The notes below the pieces were generated by a model that saw only the letters and a program-made list of their open reading frames with translations, was not told the DNA's origin and did no database searches. Source: Laetmonice hystrix (lineage: Eukaryota). From it: a DNA stretch of 60,000 bases. This document shows, one piece after another, positions 26,232-39,484 of the stretch. The DNA lies in NCBI GenBank assembly GCA_965235115.1, contig OZ249436.1:7938001-7998000 (forward strand). Direction: 5' to 3'. Every line of letters begins with the position of its first letter. Position 1 is the first letter of the stretch. The translations under genes were made by a program, and so were the position numbers.

Positions 26232-26757
26232 AGGGAGTCGTAAAATTCATTTTTTTCGATTTATGGCAGTCTTAGAAACATATGATTCGCATACCTTGGA
26301 CTCCCAGTAACATCATGTGAGACTGTTATGGCCCAGCGACCAGTATTTAGTAAGGAAAATATGCCAAATCTCTCGCAAATACGTAGCTCAGAATTAGCGA
26401 GCGGCCCACAGGATATTTGAGTTGGCCGCGGTCGGGCGATGATGACGCGTGATCACGTGACTTCCGGGTGTGGAAGGGAATCTCCCTCTAGTCTAGCGTT
26501 GACCTAAATACCGCATGTACACCCGGAAGTCACGTAACACGCGTCATCATCGCCCGAACGCGGCCAACTCAAATATCCTGTGGGCCGCTCGCTAATTCTG
26601 AGCTACGTATTTGCGAGAGATTTGGCATATTTTCCTTACTAAATACTGGTCGCTGGGCCATAACAGTCTCACATGATGTTACTGGGAGTCCAAGGTATGC
26701 GAATCATATGTTTCTAAGACTGCCATAAATCGAAAAAAATGAATTTTACGACTCCCT
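26232..26757. mobile_element. 526-bp palindromic TTAA-flanked MITE (T2-family/Kolobok-type)
   Basis: TTAA|AGGGAGTCG ... CGACTCCCT|TTAA, with ~240-bp arms that are nearly perfect inverted copies around a ~47-bp spacer. A TTAA target with AGGRR ends defines T2-MITEs. Confidence 0.92.
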
Positions 26758-27869
26758 TTAAGTGAATGATACACAAGCGGTAGTAAGTAGTAGATGAGAA
26801 TGGTGGTTTGAATCAGGCCATATCGACTGCTACCAACCCACCAGTTCTCCCCTTTTATCGTTCTCGGTCGAGTGGACACGTTTTGGTAGGATGCTATTGA
26901 TTTTGACATTTATCTATCCGAGACTCACGAATGAGAGGATTCAGTTATACTCTTCTATTGTATTTTGGGGTGAACCTTCATGGGCTCAATTACTGTACCC
27001 AATACATGGCTGTAATGACCGTTAGGATATTTCCTTCAGATATTAGAAAGAGGAAGGCAGTGATGCCCCAAAGGAAGGAATTCCTAGTTTTAACGCAAGT
27101 TACACAAGGTTTTTAACCTCAGTAACAAATATGCCAAAGTGAAAAATATACTGAAAACGAGATGTACTTAGAATTCTTGACTGATGGGACTTGAATTGAA
27201 GTTGGCCTGTCCAGTTTTTCGATAAGACCGTTCCTCTGGGACAGTGGTATAACGCTAGAGTCCGGTCTATCCACGCCTCCCACTCAATCCTACCGACACA
27301 CCCAACACTCCCGTGTCTTTCCAACTCACCAACTTGACTGATGTTATCGCCTTTTATTGCCATCTGAGCGAGTTTCACGGTCCGCGAGACCATTACATTT
27401 CATGCATTGTGCTCTTTATCTAAAGTCGGCAAGGCCGCAGGTTTCTGTCGAACTGGTATAACGTTGTTAACTGAGCGATACACGGTAGTACATCATGCGA
27501 GAGAATTCTACCATCTCCATGTAAAGGACAATGTAGGACTTAGAACATACAGCAAGGCTGCCGTCATAAACCTTCCAAGTTCACCCGTCAGTAGTTGCCA
27601 ATTTATCATCTGTTTGGTTTACCCGAGATTGTTGGTGTTGTTAAGGTTGGTGTTTACACAGGGAAGTCCCTGTTTTGTTTGTTGCGTGTACTCAGAGTAA
27701 ACTGACCCCAGGCTGTGCTTTCCTCAGCGTGTTTCACTTCACCTTTGGATCTGACTGAGACCTGCAGGCACCCACGGTGTCCGATCATGGACCCGGCCCT
27801 TTGTACGTATTGCTTTGGAATCTGATCTCGACGCCCTCCTTGTCGAGGGCCGCGGTTCGCGTGTGTGGA

Positions 27870-27943
27870 GTCACGTGACCTGTCACCATCCTCGCTCCCG
27901 GGCCACCGGTCACGTGACCTGTCACCATCCTCGTTCCCGGGCC
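27870..27943. repeat. Tandem duplication, 39-bp period x2, each with the E-box palindrome GTCACGTGAC
   Basis: GTCACGTGACCTGTCACCATCCTCGYTCCCGGGCC at 27870 and 27909. Confidence 0.85.
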
Positions 27944-29642
27944 TGTGGTCTGGTAAGCGGACCTTGAGTGGGGAAACCGTTTCAATGTGGCGACCCTGGA
28001 TAAGGGTGATTACCTGATCAGTATTAGGTCACCTAAATCGATGGGTGGCAAAGGATGTGTAGGCTGACAGTCTGTGATAATAGTGTCACTCTAGTGTCAC
28101 CTCCTGACAGTTTGGGGAAAAGATCATGAGATGGTGGACTTTTGGATATCATGTATGAATAGAGTTCTAGGCTTATACTTCAAGTATCGTGTTTTATCGC
28201 GCTTCTTACGTGACCAACGGGAAGTTGGCCCTCATTGGTTAATTTGATAAATCTTCAACTCGGTATGTTCATGTAAGGAGATCCACGCCGCCTCTGACCC
28301 CAGGGTAGAGTAGGGGTCTGTCGGAGGTCACTTGGTGCTCAACAATTAGCCATCATACAATTAAGCAAGCACGCAGGCAAGCAAGTAATCCATCAATAAA
28401 TTAACCTGTGCCTGGAGTCCACTTACATTATTGCTGGGTTCAGTAGAACGAGGCTACAGTTAGATTTCTCTCTGTGCGTGGCTGACCCCCTCTGCCCCCT
28501 GTCCTTGCATGCGGGCAAAGATGTAGAACCCGCTGTGATATGACACCGGAGTTGTGTTAAAGTACCTATTGAATTCAACCTATTCTCAATTCTTTACCAA
28601 ATTGGTCAGTGTTGGCCTGACATCGTATTGAACTAGCGTCTTTCTTTCACAGCAGTGTTAGCATCTAGGTGGATCAAGTCATTACCTTAGATGAAGTATA
28701 CATTTCAGCCCCCCCCCCCTCCGCCTAAAAATGCGATTCTGGTCTACACTGACACTGTATACGGAAGGTTCTCTGGATGTCTGAGTACTTTACCCTCATT
28801 GCATACTTAGCACATTTACCCTCCTACTCCCACAAGTGAATCATTTGTACAGGACTTTAGTACCCACATAACGTACTTGACCCAGTATGGATGATTAGAT
28901 GAATGTCGTATGGTGATAAAGTCTGTGCCACTTCCTTCATCATTCCACATGTATGGGATATTCTTAACTCAGTGACTTTACACCACATGTTTCTTAAAGT
29001 ATGAGGTATGTGGTAATTATGTTAATTATAGGAAACGTTCAATTTCAAAGGCCTTTGGTGATCTTAAAGGACCAAGCGTTCTTCTAGAGCGGTTTTCATA
29101 CCTACCTCAAGTAATAGGGGTAGGAGCGAACAGATTGAGGAGGACATGAAAGGACTCATAGCCGCCCAATAAAGGTGCGTCACACCTCCTTTATGAGGTG
29201 TGACTCTATAAAGGGGCTCAATACGAAGACGAAGGGGTGGAGAGAGAGGGGTGAATAGCTGGCGCCCACCGAGGGGTGACTAACGGTCCATGAGAACAGC
29301 GTGCGGGCCCTCCTTCACTGTTCGATGGACACCAATGGTTTTCACAGCCCTTGGGGACCTCTCACTTACCGCTACAAGGGCGGGACACGGGGGCGTGTAA
29401 GACCAAGACACGGGGGGTGGGGGTGGGGGTGGTAGACCAAGACACCGGGGGGGGGGGGGGGCGTGTGTGACCAAGACACCGGGGGGATATTGGGCTGGAC
29501 CACCAGTCCTTGTTTACCTTTACCTGGGGGGGGGGGGCATCTATTTCTGGTCACCTATACTCGGTAGGAATTTTACTCTTTCTTTGGTTGTAGGTGGGTG
29601 GGTGGTGGGATATCGTTTTAGGATTGGTATAGGGGAGGAACT

Positions 29643-30703
29643 TAGAATCAGGTGACTCCCTACAAAATATACCCAGTCACACACTGAATCAATCTATTCA
29701 CTGCTGGAAGATGTTAAAAACAGGTGGCTCCCTACAGAATATACCCAGTCACACACTGAATCAATCTATTCACTGTTGGAAGATGTCTACGTTTAAATAA
29801 AGTAAATAGAATCAGGTGACTCCCTACAGAATATACCCAGTCACACACTGGATCAATCTATTCCCTGCTGGAAGATGTCTACGTTTAAATAACGTAAATA
29901 GAATCAGGTGACTCCCTACAGAATATACCCAGTCACACACTGGATCAATCTATTCACTGCTGGAAGATGTCTACGTTTAAATAAAGTAAATAGAATCAGG
30001 TGACTCTCTACAGAATATACCCAGTCACACACTGAATCAATCTAGTCACTGCTGGAAGATGTCAAAAACAGGTGACTCCCTACAGAATATACCCAGTCAC
30101 ACACTGAATCAATCTATTCACTGCTGGAAGATGTCTACGTTTAAATAACGTAAATAGAATCAGGTGACTCCCTACAGAATATACCCAGTCACACACTGGA
30201 TCAATCTATTCACTGCTGGAAGATGTCTACGTTTAAATAACGTAAATAGAATCAGGTGACTCCCTACAGAATATACCCAGTCACACACTGGATCAATCTA
30301 TTCACTGCTGGAAGATGTCTACGTTTAAATAACGTAAATAGAATCAGATGACTCCCTACAGAATATACCCAGTCACACACTGAATCAATCTATTCACTGT
30401 TGGAAGATGTCTACGTTTAAATAAAGTAAATAGAATCAGGTGACTCCCTACAGAATATACCCAGTCACACACTGAATCAATCTATTCACTGTTGGAAGAT
30501 GTCTACGTTTAAATAAAGTAAATAGAATCAGGTGACTCCCTACAGAATATACCGAGTCACACACTGAATCAATCTATTGACTGTTGGAAGATGTCTACGT
30601 TTAAATAAAGTAAATAGAATCAGGTGACTCCCTATAAAATATACCCAGTCACACACTGAATCAATCTATTTACTGCTGGAAGATGTCTACGTTTAAATAA
30701 AGT
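29643..30703. repeat. Minisatellite, 92-bp unit x~12
   Basis: TAGAATCAGGTGACTCCCTACAGAATATACCCAGTCACACAC.. recurs with a 92-bp period; two shortened units contain GATGT(T/C)AAAAACAGG. Confidence 0.97.
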
Positions 30704-33700
30704 GGAACTCATTCAGATAAGATTCGCGTATGCTGTCGAATGGCCCCTCCACAACTCCACATACATTGTATTGTTTTACCTCACTGTAATAGTGTATTAA
30801 TAATGTAATAGTGAACTCAAGGTTTAAGGTATCGACCTTTGATTCTATTACATTACCTCAGTAAAGTGATGCCACGTCATTGCTTAAAACTGCCCACTTA
30901 AAGGTGAAGAAACCATCTATATTTAAGTGGGGAATTGAGAACACGAGACTTAATGAAATATAAAATGAAAACTACAGCAGGTCATAATGAGAACTTGGAA
31001 TGCTGTAACTACTTGAAGGCAATATTGTCGATGATTTACAACCTCTGGTCATATATCTTGTTTGTGACGGCGTAGTTAGAGGCTGTACTGTGAGACAGTC
31101 CCTGGCGTGTCCGACACGCTTCACTGACTGCCAGGGCAAACCACACGTTAACCGGATACAGTTTATATTCTCTGACCTGTCGGTCTCCCATAGAAACACA
31201 GTGAGGCGTTCATTGATAGCGACTCACTCGACGTTTGAACAAGAGTTATAAAGGACTTCAGGCCTGATACCTACGCATTTATACAATCTGGAATTATTTG
31301 TGTGACATAGCGGCGTGCGTGGGCGTATCGCGGGCCATAGAAAAGGAAACAGAAGGATTATGAATAATATGAAAGTCAGTGACGCAGCAGCTAACAACCG
31401 TCCTTGGTGTTACGACCCGTAACAAAATAAATCTACCCATTTCCGGTTGGTGTGAATCAAATGAAGTTTTAACCCGAGAATAATCCACAAACATTTCCAG
31501 TGACCCCCACTGTTGGGACAGGCTATATTTGATCCGTGGTATTATCCTGGGGGGAGGGGGGGGGGGGGGGGTCTCAGTACGCTATAGACTACGTTTATGG
31601 TATATCTATTATTCATAGACCGGAGTTTATACACCACCCCCACCCCCAATAACGCTGTGCAATTTTAGAATTGGTTCTCAAAGGCAGAAGCTGCTGTAGG
31701 CCTACGCAGGACTACATAGGATGTGTACTAGAGAAAGTACTATCCATGTTCAAATAAATAGGCTGGGGTCTGGGTTGCGTGTGTGAAGAGGAGCGTGGAG
31801 ATGAGAGGTTGTTCAGGTAATTCCAGTGCAGTTATTATCTGACGTGACCAAACCCGAAGTCGAACAATGTTTGCATTATTGACGCTTACATACCTGTTTG
31901 AGTGCCAGGCGCCGGTCCAGAGGCCTGCGGTCAAACAACAGTAACATGTACAACTGTGACTGTTAGGTTTGCAGGATGGAGGTGGCCTTCGCACTCAGTA
32001 ACCAAGGCAAGGCGGCAACAGGACTCAGACCCTAGACAATCACACCCTTCGGCTTATCTAGAAATATATTAATATATCTTAGAGTCGTCTCATTGATGTC
32101 AGAAAATCCTCTCTGCTGGCATGCACTGACATCCTCGGTGGGTGTAGTGCGTGTTTGTGTATGTGTCTGATGCATGTATGTGTCTGATGCATGTATATAC
32201 ATACATGTACGTTTACATGGAGGCCTATGGACGCATTCTTCCTGTTTCACGAAAACGTACTCTTAGTAGAAAACCAAACTGTTCTGGTTACAGAATCCTT
32301 CCACTAGGTGTCACTACTGATGTTCGACCAAGTCAAGCGGCCTCGGCCTACACATCGTGGAGGGGAGTGGTCGTCATGAGCACAATTATCGGGATCAGAA
32401 ATCCCATTTTTTCTTACTCTATATTTTTAGAGTGGATACAGTATTTCCCTCATTGATTCTAACTGCCATCAGTTCCACATCAGTATATCTGAACTGTAAC
32501 AGTAGAGCCTCAGAGAATTTATTAAATGACTGAAGTTAATGAAACCTATATTCGTTAAATCGGAATTTTTATCGACTAAATTAATTACAGACCTATTAAT
32601 CCACACTCCCACACTATAGTTCTTACCAACCACTCAAGAAACTGTTCCACTCGGATTTGTCTCCGAGTTTCTTTGTCTTATCATTTGAGGACAGCATGCC
32701 TCCCGAGAGAGCAGCCAGTTAACGATGGAGAGTGTTGACATGTTCCTCTGATCATGCCCCGACCCAAGTCATTACGCTCTTAAGAAGCTGACTTCTTTTG
32801 TCTCCGCTCATTTACGTCACACAAACACTTGAGAAAATGAAATGCCTTTGTGGTACCGCCACTTGAAATACTGATTACGCATCTCATCTCTGAATTAGAA
32901 TGGAGAGAGCTAGCTATAATGGCATGCTTTAGCGTGCACCTGGCTGACTGCCTCTCGTCTCGTATGCTCTCACGAGAGGGAGAGAGAATTGCAGGATGAG
33001 GCAATTCAGAAAAGGCGCGGAAGACGAATGACGGTTAGCGACGGCTGGCATTTCGGCACAATGGCGTCCCAAGTGGGCGAGCGTGATAAGCTGCACACCG
33101 CCCAGTGCGTGTGATATTGTCTGCATAGCTCGCCGCACCTGGATACCCACAGCTTTGCCGTCATGCACAATTAACTAATGACTCCATGTATGTTTCACTC
33201 TCGTTCCGTCACGCCTCACCACGCATGCGTACCGGCACACAGAAGGTCTCAGAAGAGTGATTTTGACGTCCGTTGGGGGCGCTGAAGGCAGCGGACTGTG
33301 TCTGGATGGAAGAAGCTGGCCGGGCGGGCGTCCGCACCCTAAATTCGCCTGTCGCTTAGCGGCAAAGTCGCTGACGCGACGAGATGCTCGCAAAGAGGAG
33401 AGGACCAGAACAATCCACTACGCTAGTTTGGTGAGACTAATTTCAAAGGTGGCTGCGTCATGCCTCTTGGCCTCATTCCGGACTGAAGTTGACGTCGAAG
33501 GACCATTGTCAGTTGTCAGAAACGCTGCCACTAGGGGGCGTCGCGGTAGAACACGGACCGGTCAAGACGTTAAAGGGCCTTCCATGAACGTTGAAATCGA
33601 CTCGGGCCCAGCGCAACGTTCAATTGGTTTTGGAGAGTCATGTTTACCGTGAGACAGGCACAACGAGTCTGTATCTTGAGTCTGTGAGAAGTACCTCTCA

Positions 33701-36700
33701 ATACTGGCGAGGCCCAATCACAGAAATAGCGTGCCCAAGGAGCAGCGTCTTCACAACGTCATGCGCAGGCGCACTATGCGCATCCTGCGCAGGAGCCATG
33801 TGCAGAGCATGTACTCCACCGCTGTGCCAACCGCCCATTAACTCTACAGACTACAGCTTATATCACGACGCCCGTCGGACGAGAACCTCTTAACCATCAG
33901 CACTTCTTCAACCCTTCTCCACTGTAGCAATCGTGGCCTGGTGCTTCAATCAACAGTCCTTGGCTATCCCCGTCCTAGTACACGACTCCTCGCACTCAAA
34001 CACCATATTCTCATGAAGACTCGGTAGAAACGCAGCGTCGTGACTTGCCAGGCAGGCGGCCGGACGCACGAACCACGTGGACGGAGTACTCTCGACGTAA
34101 CGTCATACAATCCGCTCAGTCAAGCACTGCCTGAAGAAGTCGTCTGCCGACGCACCGCGATGTTTAATTGGCTAAATGAGTGCCCATGTGATAACTCTTC
34201 GATGACCCAGAAAAAAGCTCACTCCGTAGGCATTTTTATTGCCTCCTTCAGGAGTTTCGTCTCTGCAAGAGGAGTCACTTCAAAGAATCTTAGGAAGTAA
34301 ATTATGCACTTTCAGTGCCTAATTACGGAGGTTTCCGCCATATATATGATTCGTTTGTCTCCATCCGGGGCCCTCTTCGACACGCGCCTGCGTGATTCCC
34401 GGAATACGTCACTTTCGTTACGTAGACGGCGGCCATATTTAACGCGAGGAAGATTTCAAAAAACATGTTACAAGTGCTAGATCGATATTCCAGCTGTCAA
34501 AGTGAATTCTCCATAACTTGAGATAAATGATAACTAACCTGGATAAAATATGAATATTATTTATAATTAAATGATTCAGAGCTTTCGTCTAAATATCGCA
34601 AGGCGTATGTCATTCAATCGTACCAATAAACTAAAAGTATATACAAGTATGAAGATTGTAAAAGCGGCATATAAAACATAACTTTGTATGAGGTTTCATT
34701 CCTTGTCGTCGCCAATGAAGATGTCTCAACATACTGAACACATCGGTACAGATATCTTTTATTTTATACTGCTTCTGTGAAAACTATGAAAATCTTATAT
34801 TATGGCGGAATATCCCCTAACCGGATTATCTATGGTCACTCCATAATCCAGACAAACCCATTATGGAGGGCAACACTTTAGGCTATTAGCGGTTTTAAGG
34901 ATCAGAATCTTAACTCGTGCTAAGCCTACTTTGTATAGGCTTGCATGAAAATGTTGGCCTGATTCGTTGGTCTATTCAGTCAGGCTGCATTGGTAGGATG
35001 CTGAACGACGGTTGCCTGAGACAGGTTACCCCAGCTACATCAATGATTTTATACGCATCAGTAGCGCATCGTCTTGCACAAAGTCAAGTCAAATATCGCG
35101 TGGGGGATGAATACAAATGGAGAGAGAATGGTTTCTCAGAGATAAGGATATCGTATTATGCGCTCAGACGACTTCTAATATCTTTCCTACACGAATTCCT
35201 TATCAGTTTGTAGTCACGTTCATTAGTTGATATAATCATGGGGCTGATGGGAAAATAGCAGGCGTTGAAGTCTTCAATACTTACAGTACGCTATTCAATA
35301 ATTGGCAGTAAATATGAGGCAGGAATATGGAAGAAGTATCAACAATGATTCTAGGTTCTTTGCCGATACGCTGGACGGACATAATTTGTGATACAATTAT
35401 AGATATAGGGATGTACATCTTTATAGTATAGAGAAGCAATACTACTGAGTTTCTCGTCTTGTTACTAAATGAGGCAACACGTCCACCTTCTAAGCTGCAG
35501 ACGCCCAAGTGCAGGCACGGACCTTAATGCCCATTTTCCTTACGACATATAATAGCCAATCAAAACGCTAGAATCGATTTGCTGCGTGCAATGTTCACCC
35601 TGATCGGCCATTGGTGGGCACGGTGGCCAGTTGGTCTGTGCAGTCGGTGATTACCTCACTTTCCTGTGATTTATATTCATTACTTTATAATCTGCTCCCC
35701 CGCCTTTCGCCCTTAAATCTTCTTACAACTAAGCCGCCTTTCCATTTTATTAAGACCTGCAAATAGGCTCATGAATTTGTCGGTATAATTACGTGCACAT
35801 ATTAGTACGGTGGATTCGGACAGCCACGACCCACGTCCTCACCGGGCTGGCAATGGAATATCTATTACCTCATGTAATGAGTCGACCTACTGGAGGTCAC
35901 CGCGAGGTGTCGCTTCGAAAGATCTAGCTTCCTGCAAATGGCCCCAACCGCTCTCGGAATCACCGTAACTTCGCCAATATCGAAGTGCTGGGCGTCATGC
36001 GAACGTAACATGGAATGTCTCCAGGAATAGTAACATCTTGCTCAAGAAACCGAGAGAAAGTCTGTAGAGCGTAGTTTATTCAGTAATAACAGTAATCCTT
36101 CAGCCTATCAGTGGAAGGATCTTCCTTGAAATATCCTCCACATCCCGTGTAAAGTCTCAATCGTACCGTCATTCTACACTTAAATATTAATTACTTTCAT
36201 CGTCTGACATTTCACTCTGACTTTATACCTTGAACGTTTTCTAGTAGGCACGTCCCGCATGGACGATAATAACTTGTTCTCACAAGGAAAGGTCCAACTC
36301 ATTAGTGTCAAGAGGCCTTTTCACGCTTATTGAATGAAAGTCCAGGCTATTGATAGGTAGATATAGAAAATCATACATAGGAAAGTCAGAGAGACCGTGG
36401 AGGTACTTTATCATGTATTAGCAGGGTGCCGAGTTCGTTTAGACACCAGCGGAAGCAGTATGAAAAGTCTTAGTGAGCAGGAAGAGGTCTAGACAGGAGG
36501 TAGCCAGCGGGAGAAAACAATAAATCTACAACTTACGACAAGAGTGGGCGGAAGGGGGAGAGATCATATATTATGTGACTGGCGGGGCCCGCGCGTGCGC
36601 TGTATATCATCGCTCGCACCGGAAGTCGCCTCAACCGCCATACATTTCAAAAATTCTCTCCAATATTTTTCAGTTTTCAGCCACCGTGATACCTTCATAG

Positions 36701-36785
36701 ACCAACTTCATGTCTTGGGAGTGGCAATTAACAACAATAAATCCGTGGACCGGGCTTGCTGATATTAATAATAATGATGCTTGTA

Positions 36786-36960
36786 TTTTTCTTTTGAAAT
36801 GCACGGGCATCAGAGGTAACCCAATTACTTTGACAATGTCCCTAAAGAGAAAAGTTGTATAGTCCTCTACAGGAATCGAACCCAGGCCCTAAGATTACTG
36901 CACCCATTCGCATAGCATAAGGTGTCGACATCCATGCCCACTAGGCCACCGCCACTCCCC
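36786..36960 (-). mobile_element. tRNA-derived SINE with TSD
   Basis: The minus strand has A-box TGGCCTAGTGG, B-box GGTTCGATTCC, a body and an A-rich tail (AAAAGAAAAA). The 24-bp direct repeat ATATTAATAATAATGATGCTTGTA lies at 36762-36785 and 36974-36997. Confidence 0.8.
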
Positions 36961-37013
36961 TTTTATATTAATAATATTAATAATAATGATGCTTGTAGTG
37001 ATTGGCAGAATAA

Positions 37014-37663
37014 TTGGAGGTGATCTCAGCATGCATGGGTCAGCCCGGCTGGAGGTGTGAGTGTGTGCCTCAGCATGCATGGGTCAGCCCGGCTGGAGGT
37101 GTGAGTGTGTGCCTCAGCATGCATGGGTCAGCCCGGTTGGAGGTGAGTGTGTGCCTCAGCATGCATGGGTCAGCCCGGCTGGAGGTGTGAATGTGTGCCT
37201 CAGCATGCATGGGTCAGCCCGGCTGGAGGTGTGAGTGTGTGCCTCAGCATGCATGGGTCAGCCCGGCTGGAGGTGTGAGTGTGTGCCTCAGCATGCATGG
37301 GTCAGCCCGGCTGGAGGTGAGTGTGTGCCTCAGCATGCATGGGTCAGCCCGGCTGGAGGTGAGTGTGTGCCTCAGCATGCATGGGTCAGCCCGGCTGGAG
37401 GTGAGTGTGTGCCTCAGCATGCATGGGTCAGCCCGGCTGGAGGTGAGTGTGTGCCTCAGCATGCATGGGTCAGCCCGGTTGGAGGTGAGTGTGTGCCTCA
37501 GCATGCATGGGTCAGCCCGGCTGGAGGTGAGTGTGTGCCTCAGCATGCATGGGTCAGCCCGGCTGGAGGTGAGTGTGTGCCTCAGCATGCATGGGTCAGC
37601 CCGGCTGGAGGTGAGTGTGTGCCTCAGCATGCATGGGTCAGCCCGGTTGGAGGTGAGTGTGTG
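37014..37663. repeat. Minisatellite, 42/44-bp unit x~15
   Basis: Unit CTCAGCATGCATGGGTCAGCCCGGCTGGAGGT(GT)GAGTGTGTGC. Confidence 0.98.
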
Positions 37664-38606
37664 TGGGTGGGCGTGTGTCTAGGTTGACTTTGACCGTCCG
37701 TCGCCCTACCTGCGGTTCCCTTTTATAATGAGCATCAGGTGCGGTATTAAAGCTGGCTGTGGCCTCAGGATGGCTTAGGACCACCGACGTTGGATCCCGG
37801 GACTCCAGGTGAGACGGAAGGAGTTAGACGCCGGCGTCCGACGTTAATACCGACCCGGAGATGGAGGAAGGAGACTAGAATGGCAATGAATTGTGCCAAG
37901 GGACCTGTGGGCTTTTTATCTCTGCCGTTACTCCCCCCTCTCCCTCCACTCCCCCTCCAACACCCTAATGAATAACCTTGTTATGGAGGGGTTTAGCCGA
38001 CGTGAATGGATCACTTGTGTGCTTCCAACTCTCCCCTATGGCAGCATTAGAACTCCATGCTGTATATTTCATCCTCGTTCGACCAACTAAAGGACTTGCC
38101 AACACCTGAGAACAACTGAACATTTTTAGTTTCCGAAGTCTAAATCTCATGCTCTCTGACTAAATCCAGGTTTAATTGAGGACAGTCTTGACAAGTTATA
38201 AGCACCGAGGTTTTACCACCTGGCTGATATATTAAAGAAAAGATAAATCCGATCTTGCCTTAATCAATACAACTCGGTATAATTACAGAAATATAACCCA
38301 GAAGATACGAATATGATCTGTCCGGACGTTGCGCATTGTAAGCGATAGGTTTGAAATCAGACTTGGCTCCTTGATTGACGCATGAATGTACAGTTTCAGT
38401 GGCACCAGGTGATGTTTTCATTATATCAATGATGCCATACGTCATGTCAGCGTGGCTTAGTTATCGTAGAATTAATGTATCATGAAGTCTATATCTGCCA
38501 TTAAGCATACACTTGGAGAGGAGCTTATATTCTCGGATTAACTGATGTACTGTTGATCCTTGACGCAAAAGCAATCTTCTCATGTTGTCTGACTATACAC
38601 ATGGAA

Positions 38607-39484
38607 CATTGTAATTAGGTAGTGTAGAGTCCCTACATTGAAATCATTGGAATTAGGTGGTATAGAGTCCCTGAAATCATTGGAATTAGGTAGTATAGAG
38701 TCCCTGAAATCATTGGAATTAGGTGGTACATGTGTATAGAGTCCCTGAAATCATTGGAATTAGGTGGTATAGAGTCCCTGAAATAATTGGAATTAGGTAG
38801 TATAGAGTCCCTGAAATCATTGGAATTAGGTGGTATAGAGTCCCTGAAATCATTGGAATTAGTAGGTATAGAGTCCCTGAAATAATTGGAATTAGGTAGT
38901 ATAGAGTCCCTGAAATCATTGAAATTAGGTGGTATAGAGTCCCTGAAATAATTGGAATTAGGTGGTATAGAGTCCCTGAAATCATTGGAATTAGGTGGTA
39001 TAGAGTCCCTGAAATCATTGGAATTAGGTGGTATAGAGTCCCTGAAATCATTGGAATTAGGTAGTATAGAGTCCCTGAAATCATTGGAATTAGGTAGTAT
39101 AGAATCCCTGAAATCATTTAAATTAGGTGGTATAGAGTCGCTGAAATCATTGGAATTAGGTAGTATAGAGTCCCTGAAATCATTGGAATTAGATAGTATA
39201 GAATCCCTGAAATCATTGAAATTAGGCAGTATAGAGTCCCTGCACTGAACTGATTGGAATTAGGTAGTATAGAGCCCCGGAAATCATTGGAATTAGGTAG
39301 TATAGAGTCCCTGAAATCATCGGAATTAGGGAGTATATACTAGTCTCTGAAATCATTGGAATTAGGTAGTATAGAGTCCCTGAAATCATTGGAATTAGGT
39401 AGTATAGAGTCCCTGAAATCATCTGAATTAGGTAGTATAGAGTGCCTACACTGAAATCATTGGAATTAGGTAGTATACTGAAAT
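38607..39484. repeat. Minisatellite, 33-bp unit x~26
   Basis: Unit GAAATCATTGGAATTAGGT(A/G)GTATAGAGTCCCT. Confidence 0.97.

Noticed and set aside
14563..30703. Regular repeats that might be CRISPR arrays
   Set aside because: Units are head-to-tail without unique spacers, there are no cas genes, and the context is eukaryotic.
36860..36960. Functional tRNA gene
   Set aside because: A and B boxes are present, but I find no proper acceptor stem; the tail and TSD indicate a SINE.
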